Below, piece after piece: positions 9,232-18,434 of a DNA stretch of 64,000 nucleotides. How positions within the stretch are numbered: the first letter of the stretch is position 1; every line of letters starts with the position of its first letter. The notes beneath the pieces are model-generated. The model saw only the letters and a program-made list of their open reading frames with translations, was not told where the DNA came from and ran no database searches. This DNA comes from a virus. The stretch is taken from the IMG/VR virus record IMGVR_UViG_3300042311_000389, positions 6,698-70,697 of that record. One strand, written 5' to 3'. The translations under genes were made by a program, and so were the position numbers.

Positions 9232-9249
9232 AGAGTTGTCTATGGAGAA
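9217..9249 (-). terminator. Intrinsic terminator-like hairpin containing the next gene's ATG
   Basis: TTCTCCATAGA-caac-TCTATGGAGAA (perfect 11-bp stem) followed by 7 T on the minus strand. Confidence 0.7.
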
Positions 9250-9277
9250 ATTATAAGTTAGAATATTTGTTTGTAAA

Positions 9278-10498
9278 TTATTGTGTTTTTCTATCGTACC
9301 CAATCAACGATTTCATTCTATCAAATTCTTCATTGATTTGTTTTGTTTTTTTGTCTTCAGTAGACTCTAATTTAACACTTACACCTTTACCTTTTTCAGT
9401 TCCGCTTTTTTCGTTAAAAACCGGTTGAGATACTCTATTATAGGATTGGTCTTTTAATTTTTTAAGAGTGTTTTTCTTTCTTAATTTATTAAACCTATCA
9501 TTTGCTTTAGACTCTAATGCGTTTCCACCCGGAGCGTTTCCTGTTGTTGAATCCCCTTTATATAATTTTTCCATAAAATCTTCATTAAATTCTATAGCGT
9601 CAGGTGTTGGTAAATTTAAACCGGCAATTTCATAATTAAAATCTTCTAAATCATCAGTCATTTCAAAAGCCTTTTTATCCATTTTCTCTAACTCACCATT
9701 ACCTACCGGAAATGTTTTTGGATTCATATCGTACTCACCTTTAGAACCATCTTTAAGGTAATCTTTCATTTTCTTAGCAACAGATTTAATGTAATCATCA
9801 TTTTCTTTACCATCTTTTGCGTGAATTTGTTTGTATTTTTCTAATCCTCTTGGAGAACCTCCAACAACTTTAATATTTGTTTTATTTTTATCTTTCTCTT
9901 CCTTAACAATTTTTTCAATTAAACTAATCATTTCAGTTTCAGTTAAAGAATACGATTCTTTAACCGGATATTCTTTACCATCCACTTCAAAAGAATCTTC
10001 ACCACTTTTCTTAGCATTAGATAAAGCTCCTGAAAACGCATTACCTTCATCCGTTTCAGTTTTTTTTCCTTTTCTTAACATTTTGAAATCCTCAGCGTCA
10101 ATCTTATTGTTTTTGTTTCTATCTAATTTTCTTTGACGACCTTTTAATGCTTCAGTAATATTAACCCCTTGACACATTTCTTTCGTAACCTTATCATCTT
10201 TACCAAAATTTTCAATATGGTATCTACAAGTTTTTTCTTTATCTTCGTCAGTAGATTCATTTTTGGTTACATAATCAAATTCACCATCTAATTTTTCGTC
10301 AACATCATAGATATCTTCATACATATCACCGCCTTTAGAACCACATTCGTTACATTCACCTTCATATATAGTTCCACCACATTCACACACGCTGCCACCT
10401 TTAATTTTAGAAACAAGACTATCCACCTTTTCTTCTAATGTTTCTTTTAAAACTTTAGACACTAAATTATCTAAATAAGTTGTATTTAATTTTTTCAT
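9278..10498 (-). CDS. Acidic/charged protein, probably head-associated (core/internal)
   Basis: 406 aa, E/K/D-rich. Has LxE/IxE-type sites, LTETEMISLIEKIVKEE and INEEFDRMKSL motifs, a CECG...CNECG knuckle and an EF-hand-like DRNKNNKIDAEDF. TATTTATA upstream. Confidence 0.6.
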   Translation of the reverse strand: MKKLNTTYLDNLVSKVLKETLEEKVDSLVSKIKGGSVCECGGTIYEGECNECGSKGGDMYEDIYDVDEKLDGEFDYVTKNESTDEDKEKTCRYHIENFGKDDKVTKEMCQGVNITEALKGRQRKLDRNKNNKIDAEDFKMLRKGKKTETDEGNAFSGALSNAKKSGEDSFEVDGKEYPVKESYSLTETEMISLIEKIVKEEKDKNKTNIKVVGGSPRGLEKYKQIHAKDGKENDDYIKSVAKKMKDYLKDGSKGEYDMNPKTFPVGNGELEKMDKKAFEMTDDLEDFNYEIAGLNLPTPDAIEFNEDFMEKLYKGDSTTGNAPGGNALESKANDRFNKLRKKNTLKKLKDQSYNRVSQPVFNEKSGTEKGKGVSVKLESTEDKKTKQINEEFDRMKSLIGYDRKTQ

Positions 10499-10511
10499 TT
10501 TTAGTTTTTAT

Positions 10512-10519
10512 TATAAATA
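10512..10519 (-). promoter_or_regulatory. Putative phage (late) promoter TATTTATA
   Basis: 13 nt upstream of ATG 10498, in the same context as 4713-4720. Confidence 0.6.
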
Positions 10520-10534
10520 TATTAGTTTTTAACT

Positions 10535-11338
10535 TTATTTCTTTTGAAAGGTATTTTCATATTCATAAGCAATGATTGTTTTAATAACATTCTCACTTAT
10601 ATTATGTCTCTCACTAATGTTTTTAATAGCATTCTTAACTTTTTCGTTTTCAAATATTTTTAAAGCTTTTATGTCTCCTTGATTACAATATGGAAATTTT
10701 TGACATTTCTTTTTAACTTGGACAAATTTTCCTCCCGGAATTTGTGTTTTAGACTTACCTCTCCAATCTTTTTTATTTTGAGATTTTGCCCAAGCTGCTG
10801 TAGTTTCGTAAGAACCTGAAGAACTAACCCCTGTCGATTCAGTAGCCTCAACTTTTTTAGTTTCACCACAAACGCATTTAGATTTAACTCTATCACAAGA
10901 ATCACAATACTCTTCTTTACCTTCTTTAACACAATTAGGTACCATCTTACCGTTTTTCTTTTTCATACCCTTTTGTTCGTAATCTTTCCAACAATCTTCT
11001 TCCATTTCTTTTTTAGTTGTAGAAAATAATGGTGCCGAAAAACCTCCCGCAGAACCTGCACCGGTAGCTTCTGATGTCTCACCGTCTTCACCCATTATTG
11101 GTAACCCCATAGTTAATTTACCAATAGGTGTTTTAAGTTTACCTTTACCCACTAATTTATCTATGTTATTTTTTTTAATACGTTTTTTAACGATTTCTTC
11201 ATTGGCAACACCATTACTAGGTATTGAGTTTTTAAATTCATTTTTAGCTAACATTGCCGCAGTACCACCACCAGAACTAGCAGATTGACTATCAATCTCA
11301 CTTTTTAATTTTGCAGCAATTACATCAGGTTTTATCAT
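10535..11338 (-). CDS. Low-complexity protein built of short Cys modules
   Basis: 267 aa; CWKDYEQKGMKKKNGKMVPNCV, CDSC...CVC and KKCQKFPYCNQG modules separated by E-[A/S]-T-G linkers. Confidence 0.7.
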   Translation of the reverse strand: MIKPDVIAAKLKSEIDSQSASSGGGTAAMLAKNEFKNSIPSNGVANEEIVKKRIKKNNIDKLVGKGKLKTPIGKLTMGLPIMGEDGETSEATGAGSAGGFSAPLFSTTKKEMEEDCWKDYEQKGMKKKNGKMVPNCVKEGKEEYCDSCDRVKSKCVCGETKKVEATESTGVSSSGSYETTAAWAKSQNKKDWRGKSKTQIPGGKFVQVKKKCQKFPYCNQGDIKALKIFENEKVKNAIKNISERHNISENVIKTIIAYEYENTFQKK

Positions 11339-11340
11339 AA

Positions 11341-11586
11341 TTAAGCGTTTTTAAGTCTTGGTTCCCAATAACTTCTATTCATCCACATAAATGAATAGAA
11401 TTCACGAAACATCTTTAAAGCAATGTCCTTAACATCACCTTCAAGTTTACCTCGTTTAAGTTCTTTAGATATTGTATCTATTAATTTGGTTTCGTATTGT
11501 TGTACCGTAGTACTCCCTAAGAAATCTTTAATTTCTTTACGAATCATAACCTCAATCTCTTTTTTCTCTGTTGCGGATAATGCCAT
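11341..11586 (-). CDS. Hypothetical protein
   Basis: 81 aa from ATG 11586 (MALSATEKKEIE), coupled to the upstream stop by TAATG. Confidence 0.7.
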   Translation of the reverse strand: MALSATEKKEIEVMIRKEIKDFLGSTTVQQYETKLIDTISKELKRGKLEGDVKDIALKMFREFYSFMWMNRSYWEPRLKNA

Positions 11587-12017
11587 TACTTTGTTATTAT
11601 AAGATATGTTGATGCAATTATACCAGCATAAGTTCCAACTTTCCATAAGAAAGTTTTAGTTCTTTGACCTTTAAGTTCTTTGTGTAAACTATTAGTTAGT
11701 TCTTCAGACACTTTTAATTGTTCGTCCTTTTTACCTAACATAAAATTATTATTCTTATCTTTTTCTTCAAGAAGAACAATGTGAGAATCTTTTTCTTTTT
11801 CTCTCTCTTCAGTTTTAATTAACTTTTCTTGAGTTAATTTCAATTCCACTTCACACCCATCACCTTTTAGAATATCCTTTATCGCCAATTTAGCAACCGG
11901 AACTTTTAACCTAACTTTGGTTGTATCGCTTTTAGTTGTTGGTTTTGTTGTATCTGTTTGTGAAAAACTGCTCAAGCTCGTTAGCAGTAAGAGTATCAAC
12001 ACTATTAACTTTTTCAT
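11586..12017 (-). CDS. Secreted coiled-coil protein with C-terminal hydrophobic helix (spanin-like candidate)
   Basis: Signal peptide MKKLIVLILLLLTSLSSFS/Q, coiled coil and a terminal hydrophobic segment; overlaps the upstream gene by 86 nt. Confidence 0.6.
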   Translation of the reverse strand: MKKLIVLILLLLTSLSSFSQTDTTKPTTKSDTTKVRLKVPVAKLAIKDILKGDGCEVELKLTQEKLIKTEEREKEKDSHIVLLEEKDKNNNFMLGKKDEQLKVSEELTNSLHKELKGQRTKTFLWKVGTYAGIIASTYLIITK

Positions 12018-12291
12018 CTGTTTGTTTTTTAATTATTGTTATGTTATTATCTATGTGATGAATTTCTTTTGTAATTTTAACCACATTACCTTTTACAGAA
12101 TCAATCTTAACATCAATCCCTTCGTTAATCGCTTTAGCTGAATCAATTTCAGTTTGAATTGAATTTATTTTATCTTTATAAGATTGAACATCTGTTTTAA
12201 TTCCGTTAGTCGTGAAGATATTCCATCCGGCTAATACAATTACTATGATTAATAAAATGTTCTGTTTATTATTTCCTATAATATCTTTCAT
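11932..12291 (-). CDS. N-anchored coiled-coil membrane protein (i-spanin-like candidate)
   Basis: Single N-terminal TM (ILLIIVIVLAGWNIF) followed by a long coiled coil. Confidence 0.6.
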   Translation of the reverse strand: MKDIIGNNKQNILLIIVIVLAGWNIFTTNGIKTDVQSYKDKINSIQTEIDSAKAINEGIDVKIDSVKGNVVKITKEIHHIDNNITIIKKQTDEKVNSVDTLTANELEQFFTNRYNKTNN

Positions 12292-12914
12292 TATTTTTCA
12301 GTTTTTTTTCTTGAAGCTAATATTTTAGCCCATTTTGATTTAAATTTTTGATAATAAGTGTTTAACTTAGTTAAAAGACCAATAAACTCGTCGTCCGCTT
12401 TTATCATTTCACCTTCAATATAAATACCATTTTCTTCACCTATTGAAAAGAAAAATTCTATATCTTGTTCAATTAACTTTCCGGACCACTCAACATTATT
12501 TGTATACACATTTAACTTATTAAAATCCACCATATCAGAAACTTCAGCAACAAATTCATCCATAGTTTCTTGGAATGCAATTTTTTCATCAGTAGTTAAT
12601 TCTAAATCAGTTTGTTCTTTTCCGTGTAATACTAAAATACCCCCCGAGATTCTATATCCTTGAGTTTTATCATCTTTTGATTCTTCCTCATCATCATACC
12701 CATCCCCATCAGTATCGGCAGTCTCATAGTCAATTGTATCCTCAACTGATTTAGCAACATTAATTTTAGATGTTACATTGTCACCGGTCAAATCAATCTC
12801 TTCCTCAGTTAATAATCCATATTGTCTACGGATGTCTTCATTAATAGTCTCATTATTTAACAATTTTCTTGAGGCTTCTAATAATTTTTTAATTTCATCG
12901 TGTGAATTATTCAT
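12291..12914 (-). CDS. Hypothetical acidic protein
   Basis: 207 aa; D/E-rich N-half with LxE-type sites. Confidence 0.7.
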   Translation of the reverse strand: MNNSHDEIKKLLEASRKLLNNETINEDIRRQYGLLTEEEIDLTGDNVTSKINVAKSVEDTIDYETADTDGDGYDDEEESKDDKTQGYRISGGILVLHGKEQTDLELTTDEKIAFQETMDEFVAEVSDMVDFNKLNVYTNNVEWSGKLIEQDIEFFFSIGEENGIYIEGEMIKADDEFIGLLTKLNTYYQKFKSKWAKILASRKKTEK

Positions 12915-13503
12915 TTTCTATTTTTTTTAATAGTTCATTAAAGTTAAACGCTGGACTTAAATCAGTGTAGATTGTATCATAATTACTCTTAGACACTATT
13001 CCAACATATTTTTCAATACCAGCAATTTTTGTATTGTGTTCTACTATTTGTGGTTTAATTTTCATTTCTTTTAACAATTTATAACATAAAGAATTTGTAC
13101 TTTGGACTTGTTCTTCAGTATATGGTTGCCAAAAAAAGTAATCTCTCCACTTCTTTTCAAACACATTACCTTTATAAATATCCCCAATCCAGTTAATGTA
13201 ATGGTTGGTTAGCGGTTCTTTTTGTAACCACCCTAAATTTTCTAAAGATATAATAATTGAATTACGATTTATATTGGGGTCTTTGAAGTATTCCGAATGC
13301 TCGGTGTTTCCCAATAGTTGAATAACTTTACCTTCCCGGGTAATAATATAGTTGGGGATTCTTTTGAAATCCCCATTATAACGAAACTTCAACGACTGAA
13401 GATAGTCGTTGATATTTCTTGATGTATGTGTAAGTATGATTTGGTGTTTCTTTTTTTGTTTTCCAACAGGTTTAAACTCACCATATTTAGTTATGTCTAT
13501 CAT
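12907..13503 (-). CDS. N-acetylmuramoyl-L-alanine amidase (Amidase_2)-fold protein, possibly degenerate
   Basis: IILTHT, NYIITREGKVIQL, SIIISLENLG, PYTEEQ and DLSPAF map onto the amidase_2 pattern. Confidence 0.7.
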   Translation of the reverse strand: MIDITKYGEFKPVGKQKKKHQIILTHTSRNINDYLQSLKFRYNGDFKRIPNYIITREGKVIQLLGNTEHSEYFKDPNINRNSIIISLENLGWLQKEPLTNHYINWIGDIYKGNVFEKKWRDYFFWQPYTEEQVQSTNSLCYKLLKEMKIKPQIVEHNTKIAGIEKYVGIVSKSNYDTIYTDLSPAFNFNELLKKIENE

Positions 13504-13521
13504 TCCACATAAATTAAAGTT

Positions 13522-14283
13522 TTATGATTGTGGTTTAATGTAACTTAGTCTATTAGGTCTTGGAGATTCATCGACAATATCTTCTTCAGTAATTTCTTCA
13601 AATCCCTCATCAAAGTAATCTTCTTTATCAACCAATTCTGATTGTGGTAACTCAATATATTTTTCAACAATAACCTCAACAGGCACTTCAATAATCTTTT
13701 CAACTTCTTTAATTACCTCTTTTTCAACAATTACTTCTACAGGTACTTCAACAATCTTTTCAACTTCTACGATTTTTTCAACCTCAACAGTTTTAACCTC
13801 ATCAGTACCTTCTTTAGTTAATTCATCATATTTTACAAAAAAATGTAATGAAGTTAATGATATAATTGGAAGTAATCCCCCACCTAAAAACGCTAACCAT
13901 CTTTTTTGTGAAACAACATCATTTATATCCGACCCTAACATTTCCCAAACAGGTGAGGTTAATTCAACCCAAGATTTAAACAAATCTCCGTTGACATCAA
14001 TTTCTTTAAATGAAAAGAATATATTCCCAATCATTTGTATAAAGGTAACTAATCCGAACATAAACCATACACCACCTTTAATTCTGTTTGTTGCCGCAAC
14101 TAATGCGGTCATAGCACCAACTTCAATAGCGATTGATAGGTATATAGCCCAACTAATAGGATTTGTTAAGTCATACCAAGATACTACGTGAGATATTGAT
14201 ATACCCGCAACTAAAAGAATTGGTATTAAAAACATCGCTCTTACCGGATGTTCTTTAATCCAACTAATAATTGATTTAATCAT
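13522..14283 (-). CDS. Multi-pass membrane protein with EKIVEVP-type repeat tail
   Basis: Four hydrophobic helices followed by VEKIVEVEKIVEVPVEVIVEKEVIKE repeats. Confidence 0.75.
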   Translation of the reverse strand: MIKSIISWIKEHPVRAMFLIPILLVAGISISHVVSWYDLTNPISWAIYLSIAIEVGAMTALVAATNRIKGGVWFMFGLVTFIQMIGNIFFSFKEIDVNGDLFKSWVELTSPVWEMLGSDINDVVSQKRWLAFLGGGLLPIISLTSLHFFVKYDELTKEGTDEVKTVEVEKIVEVEKIVEVPVEVIVEKEVIKEVEKIIEVPVEVIVEKYIELPQSELVDKEDYFDEGFEEITEEDIVDESPRPNRLSYIKPQS

Positions 14284-14548
14284 TTGTGATTTTACTTATT
14301 TCTTTATCGATTTCTGTTTGTCTATTGACATCCATAATTTTTCTATCTGTAGCTTGAATCATTCTTTTTTCAGATTTCAACCCTTCAATTTTAATTTCTT
14401 TAGTTATTTTAACTTCTAAAGTATCAACTTTTTTTGTCACTTTATCTACTCTACCATTAGTGGTACAAGTTTTAAAGAACACGATAATAATTAAGAAAAA
14501 CATAATTCTGTTTCCCCACACATCAATAAAATTTAATATTGCTTTCAT
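14276..14548 (-). CDS. Small single-TM coiled-coil protein
   Basis: 90 aa; TM (IMFFLIIIVFF) followed by KTC and a charged helix. Confidence 0.7.
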   Translation of the reverse strand: MKAILNFIDVWGNRIMFFLIIIVFFKTCTTNGRVDKVTKKVDTLEVKITKEIKIEGLKSEKRMIQATDRKIMDVNRQTEIDKEISKITND

Positions 14549-14580
14549 AATTTTTGTTTTAGTTTTATCATAAAAGTAAA

Positions 14581-14610
14581 AAACCTTCTATTATAATAAA
14601 TAGAAGGTTT
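14581..14610 (-). terminator. Terminator hairpin after the sigma factor gene, containing a TATTTAT motif
   Basis: AAACCTTCTATT-ataata-AATAGAAGGTTT 12-bp stem; minus-strand TATTTAT at 14596-14602. Confidence 0.7.
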
Positions 14611-14618
14611 TAAAGTTT

Positions 14619-15419
14619 TTACATATATTCAAATAAAATTGAACTATCATTCCTTAATTTTCGTAAGGCTTTCTCTTTGATTTGTCTAACACGTTCCTTA
14701 GTTAGATTAAAATCTCCACCAATATCTTCAAGTGTTCTTGGGGTCCCACTAAGACCGTAATAGTCCTCAACAATTACTTTTTCTCTTTCATCTAAAACAC
14801 TTAGTAATGAATGTAATTGTAACTTCAATTCATCTTTAGTGTTGAAAACCTCATCCGGCATATCCGCTTGGTCATTTTTAATAATATCAACAAGAGTATC
14901 TCCATCTTCGTTGATGTTCATATCTAAATCAATCATTGAAGGTAGGTTTTGAAACTTATCCTCCAATTTACCACCATTAGATTCAATTGCTTTCTTGGCT
15001 CTATGTAAATCTTGAACAACATTAACCGGTAGTCTGATTGTACGAGCATTATCGTTCAGAGATTGAAGTATGGATTGTTTAACCCACCACACAGCATAAG
15101 ATATGAATCTAAGATTCTTAGACCAATCAAAATTTTGGATTGCTTTCATCAATCCTAAGTTACCCTCAGAGATTAAATCAGGGAAGTCTAAACCTTGATT
15201 TTGATATTGTTTAGCAACTGTAATAACAAAACGTAAGTTACCCTCCAACAATTCTTGGTTTACTTCATCAATCTCTCTTGGAGATAAAGTCCCGGACATA
15301 ATCAATTTAGATAATTCTCTCTCTCTTTCAGGAGTCATTACTTTAATCTTACGAATGTCTTTTAAATACAAGTTAATCTCTTCTTGATTAATTGGAATAC
15401 CTGAGCTTTTTTCTTTCAT
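14619..15419 (-). CDS. rpoD: RNA polymerase sigma-70 factor, RpoD/SigA family, Bacteroidota type
   Basis: Region 1.2 (YLKDI), region 2 (NLRFVITVAKQYQNQG...DLISEGNLGL...FISYAVWW) and region 4 (TLEDIG..FNLTKERVRQI); region 1.1 absent. Confidence 0.92.
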   Translation of the reverse strand: MKEKSSGIPINQEEINLYLKDIRKIKVMTPERERELSKLIMSGTLSPREIDEVNQELLEGNLRFVITVAKQYQNQGLDFPDLISEGNLGLMKAIQNFDWSKNLRFISYAVWWVKQSILQSLNDNARTIRLPVNVVQDLHRAKKAIESNGGKLEDKFQNLPSMIDLDMNINEDGDTLVDIIKNDQADMPDEVFNTKDELKLQLHSLLSVLDEREKVIVEDYYGLSGTPRTLEDIGGDFNLTKERVRQIKEKALRKLRNDSSILFEYM

Positions 15420-15420
15420 A

Positions 15421-15993
15421 TTAATTTGAGTATTTGTTTAGTTGTGATAATTCTTTTTCAGTCAACGAATTTAACCCTTTTTCTTTAATCTTTTCTAATA
15501 ATTCGTCTAAAGATGGACTACGTTGTTTATTCTTAATTTCTTGTATATCATCTTCTTCTTCATCATAATCAAAGTCAAAGTTTTCAATGTTTAAATTAAA
15601 ATTATCTCGAATTTGTTCTTGTATCATTTTTCGTACCTCAAATTCATTTGGTTCAGAACCAAGTGATTTTTCTGACATAAAGTCACTAATCCCATCATTA
15701 AAAAGATGTTTCGATATTTTTTCAGGTAAACCATATGACAATTTGTCAGATGTGTAAGGTAGTAATACATACATTATCTCACCAACACCTAAAATCATAT
15801 CAATATAATCTTTCACATCCTCATAGGAATCTAATGTTGAGATTGTGAACACAGATGATTCTGGTCCAAAATAAAAATTAAGATTTGGTGTATCCGAAAT
15901 AACACATAATTCTTCTGCAATTTGTTCTGTAAATTCTTTTGGGTTGTCGTTTTTAGCAAAGACAAATAAAATGTATTTGGTTAAGTCATTCAT
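15421..15993 (-). CDS. Hypothetical protein with DUF6576-like C-terminal motif
   Basis: Ends SLDELLEKIKEKGLNSLTEKE, resembling the D.IL.KI...G..SLT..E motif. Confidence 0.65.
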   Translation of the reverse strand: MNDLTKYILFVFAKNDNPKEFTEQIAEELCVISDTPNLNFYFGPESSVFTISTLDSYEDVKDYIDMILGVGEIMYVLLPYTSDKLSYGLPEKISKHLFNDGISDFMSEKSLGSEPNEFEVRKMIQEQIRDNFNLNIENFDFDYDEEEDDIQEIKNKQRSPSLDELLEKIKEKGLNSLTEKELSQLNKYSN

Positions 15994-16024
15994 ACGTTAT
16001 ACGTTTAAATTAGATATTATGTTA

Positions 16025-16032
16025 CAAAGATA
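16025..16032 (-). promoter_or_regulatory. Bacteroidota-type -7 promoter element (TATCTTTG)
   Basis: TAnnTTTG upstream of the two-gene unit that ends in the sigma factor. Confidence 0.65.
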
Positions 16033-16034
16033 CG

Positions 16035-16074
16035 AAAAAAATTATGTTTCCCAAACTTTTATTGGGAAACATAA
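16035..16074 (-). terminator. Intrinsic terminator overlapping the sbcC stop codon
   Basis: TTATGTTTCCCAA / TTGGGAAACATAA 13-bp stem followed by a T-run on the minus strand. Confidence 0.75.
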
Positions 16075-18428
16075 CTAATATTTTCTTCTTTTCTAATTCT
16101 CACCACATTATCAGCCCAATTTGTTACTAATGGGTTGTGTGTGATAACGAATATTTTCTCAAAGTATTCTTTAATCTTACTAAAAAACTCTGATACCATC
16201 TCCAAGTTGTCGTTGGACATCTTCCCGAACACCTCGTCAAATACAACGACGTTAGCTCTTGGTAATGAACATATCTTACTTAACACCGCTCTTAACGCTA
16301 GTGAAGCAATTGACCTTTCATATCCGGACCCGGACGCCATTGGTTTCTCAACTTGAGTGTTGTTATCAATCATAAGGAAGTCAACTTCATTCTTATCGTT
16401 AATCTTAACTTCTAATCTAAAGTGACAACTATCCTCTAATAATCGTTGAAGTTCACTATTAATAAGTGGCATCATTGTCTTCATAATAAGTTTGGTTACA
16501 CCATTCTTACCAAAGATTTCCAAATAGATTTTATAGATTCTTTCTCTTTCGGCCTCTTCAGCAATCTTTCTAATTGTTTCCAAGTTAGAAGTTATTTTGG
16601 TAGTTAGATTGGTAATTGTAAACTTATTGTTTGAGATACTAGTTTCAATAGTTTTCTTTTCACCCTCAAGTTCATCAATTCTAATCGCCGCTTTAATCAA
16701 CAATCCATCTGTCTTATTGTTTTCCACAATCTTATCTTGAACTTCAGAATATCTTTCTAATTTGGTTTTCAATGAGTCAATCATCAATTGGAAACGTTCA
16801 ACACTTAATTCATATTTCTCTTTAATAAGTTTGTTTTTCTCATACTCATCAAACTCTTTTTTAAGGTTCACAAAACTTAACTCTTTGCCGGTTAAATCCT
16901 GCATTAACCCTTCTAATTCCTCTTTATGCGTGATAAGTCCGGCAAGTTCCCCAATTTTGGCGTTAGTTATAGCCGCGTTCATCAGTTCAATACCACAGTG
17001 TTCACATTTGATTCCACCATCAACCGAACTCTTCAGTTCTTCAATACTTTTAATCTTGGCGTTATTCTCCGCTTGTTTGGTAATCAAATCTTTAATCTCC
17101 TGTTTTACCTCATCGTGTTTATCTTCGTGGTAAAATTCTGATGGTTCTACAACCTTAACACCATCTCTATCTGAAATAGCTTTGGCTTTTTGTAGGTCCA
17201 ACCCATTAATCTCTTCCTGAACTTTGTCCGGAGAAACCGTTACCAATTCATTGTCAATATTGTGTTTGGACTTTAACAATCCATCACGATATTCCTGACC
17301 TTTAAGGATTCTTGATTTAGCATCTTCTAACTGAACATCTAATGTTAGATTACTCTCCGTTAAAGTATCTATGGTATCTTGACTAGTTTGGTTATCCGTT
17401 TTAAGTTCTTCAGAGTTATAGATGTTTGACAACATTCCTTTTGAGAAGTCACTATAAATTTCTTTGGCAGCTTCTTCTTTACGTTTAAGGAAATCCAACC
17501 CCATAAATCTTGAAAGAACTTGACCCCTCGCCGTAGGTTTGGCATCAATTAGTTCTTCCAAGTTGGTGGCAGTTGTTAGGATGGTCATTAAGAAGTCCTC
17601 TTTGGTCCCGATAGACGTTTTGATAAACGCCTCGGTCTCTCTTCGTTGTTCTCCGGTGAAGTTTTGTAAACTACCATCAGACAATCTTTTATAGAAGTCC
17701 AACTCGGTCTTAACCGTCCATTCACCTTTTTTTGATAACTTTCTTTCAATATTTCTCAATATGATATACTCCTCACCATCAATTGTAATCTCACCTTTTA
17801 CGGCAACTTTGTTTCTCTCTGTAAACCTGTTGAATATCTCCTCCGCCTTTGATGTCTTGGTTGTCTCATTAAAGAATAAGAACATAAGTAAATCCACAGT
17901 CAAAACTGTCTTACCCCCAAAGTTAGGTGGGTTTGACTCCACAACCGTAATCCCATCACACTTCTCAAAATCTATCTTCTGATTCTCACCATAGGATAAA
18001 AAGTTTGAGAACTCAATGTTCTTAATATACCATCTTTTAAACGGAGCAGCATCAGTTTGAGTTTGTAACAATTTGTTATCCACAATACTATTAAGTTGGT
18101 AGATATCATCGTAGTGTTCCATATTCCCTTTTGACTCCAAGAATGAACGAACTAATTCTAATTGATAGTTCTCATCCAAGATGTTAAAGGATATGTCTAC
18201 GGTATGTGTGGTGTCGTCAGCAACCTTTGTCTTTGTAATAACATTAACATTGGTTGTGTTGTACTTCTTTTGAAAGTAATGACGAACACTTTTTATTTTT
18301 TCTTGTGTAAAGTTTTCAGCATAGTCCTCCCATACAATCTGTAGGTAAGGATTATCAAAACTTGTGATATCTAAATCTTTTATCATTATTGTGTAATTAA
18401 ATTCTATGGGGGGATTGAATAAATCCAT
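16059..18428 (-). CDS. sbcC: SbcC/Rad50/gp46-like SMC ATPase with an N-terminal extension of about 130 aa
   Basis: IEFSNFLSYG, Walker A NFGGKT, zinc hook CEHC, signature SGYE, Walker B VVVFDE and H-loop ITHN. Confidence 0.9.
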   Translation of the reverse strand: MDLFNPPIEFNYTIMIKDLDITSFDNPYLQIVWEDYAENFTQEKIKSVRHYFQKKYNTTNVNVITKTKVADDTTHTVDISFNILDENYQLELVRSFLESKGNMEHYDDIYQLNSIVDNKLLQTQTDAAPFKRWYIKNIEFSNFLSYGENQKIDFEKCDGITVVESNPPNFGGKTVLTVDLLMFLFFNETTKTSKAEEIFNRFTERNKVAVKGEITIDGEEYIILRNIERKLSKKGEWTVKTELDFYKRLSDGSLQNFTGEQRRETEAFIKTSIGTKEDFLMTILTTATNLEELIDAKPTARGQVLSRFMGLDFLKRKEEAAKEIYSDFSKGMLSNIYNSEELKTDNQTSQDTIDTLTESNLTLDVQLEDAKSRILKGQEYRDGLLKSKHNIDNELVTVSPDKVQEEINGLDLQKAKAISDRDGVKVVEPSEFYHEDKHDEVKQEIKDLITKQAENNAKIKSIEELKSSVDGGIKCEHCGIELMNAAITNAKIGELAGLITHKEELEGLMQDLTGKELSFVNLKKEFDEYEKNKLIKEKYELSVERFQLMIDSLKTKLERYSEVQDKIVENNKTDGLLIKAAIRIDELEGEKKTIETSISNNKFTITNLTTKITSNLETIRKIAEEAERERIYKIYLEIFGKNGVTKLIMKTMMPLINSELQRLLEDSCHFRLEVKINDKNEVDFLMIDNNTQVEKPMASGSGYERSIASLALRAVLSKICSLPRANVVVFDEVFGKMSNDNLEMVSEFFSKIKEYFEKIFVITHNPLVTNWADNVVRIRKEENISYVSQ

Positions 18429-18434
18429 TGGTTG

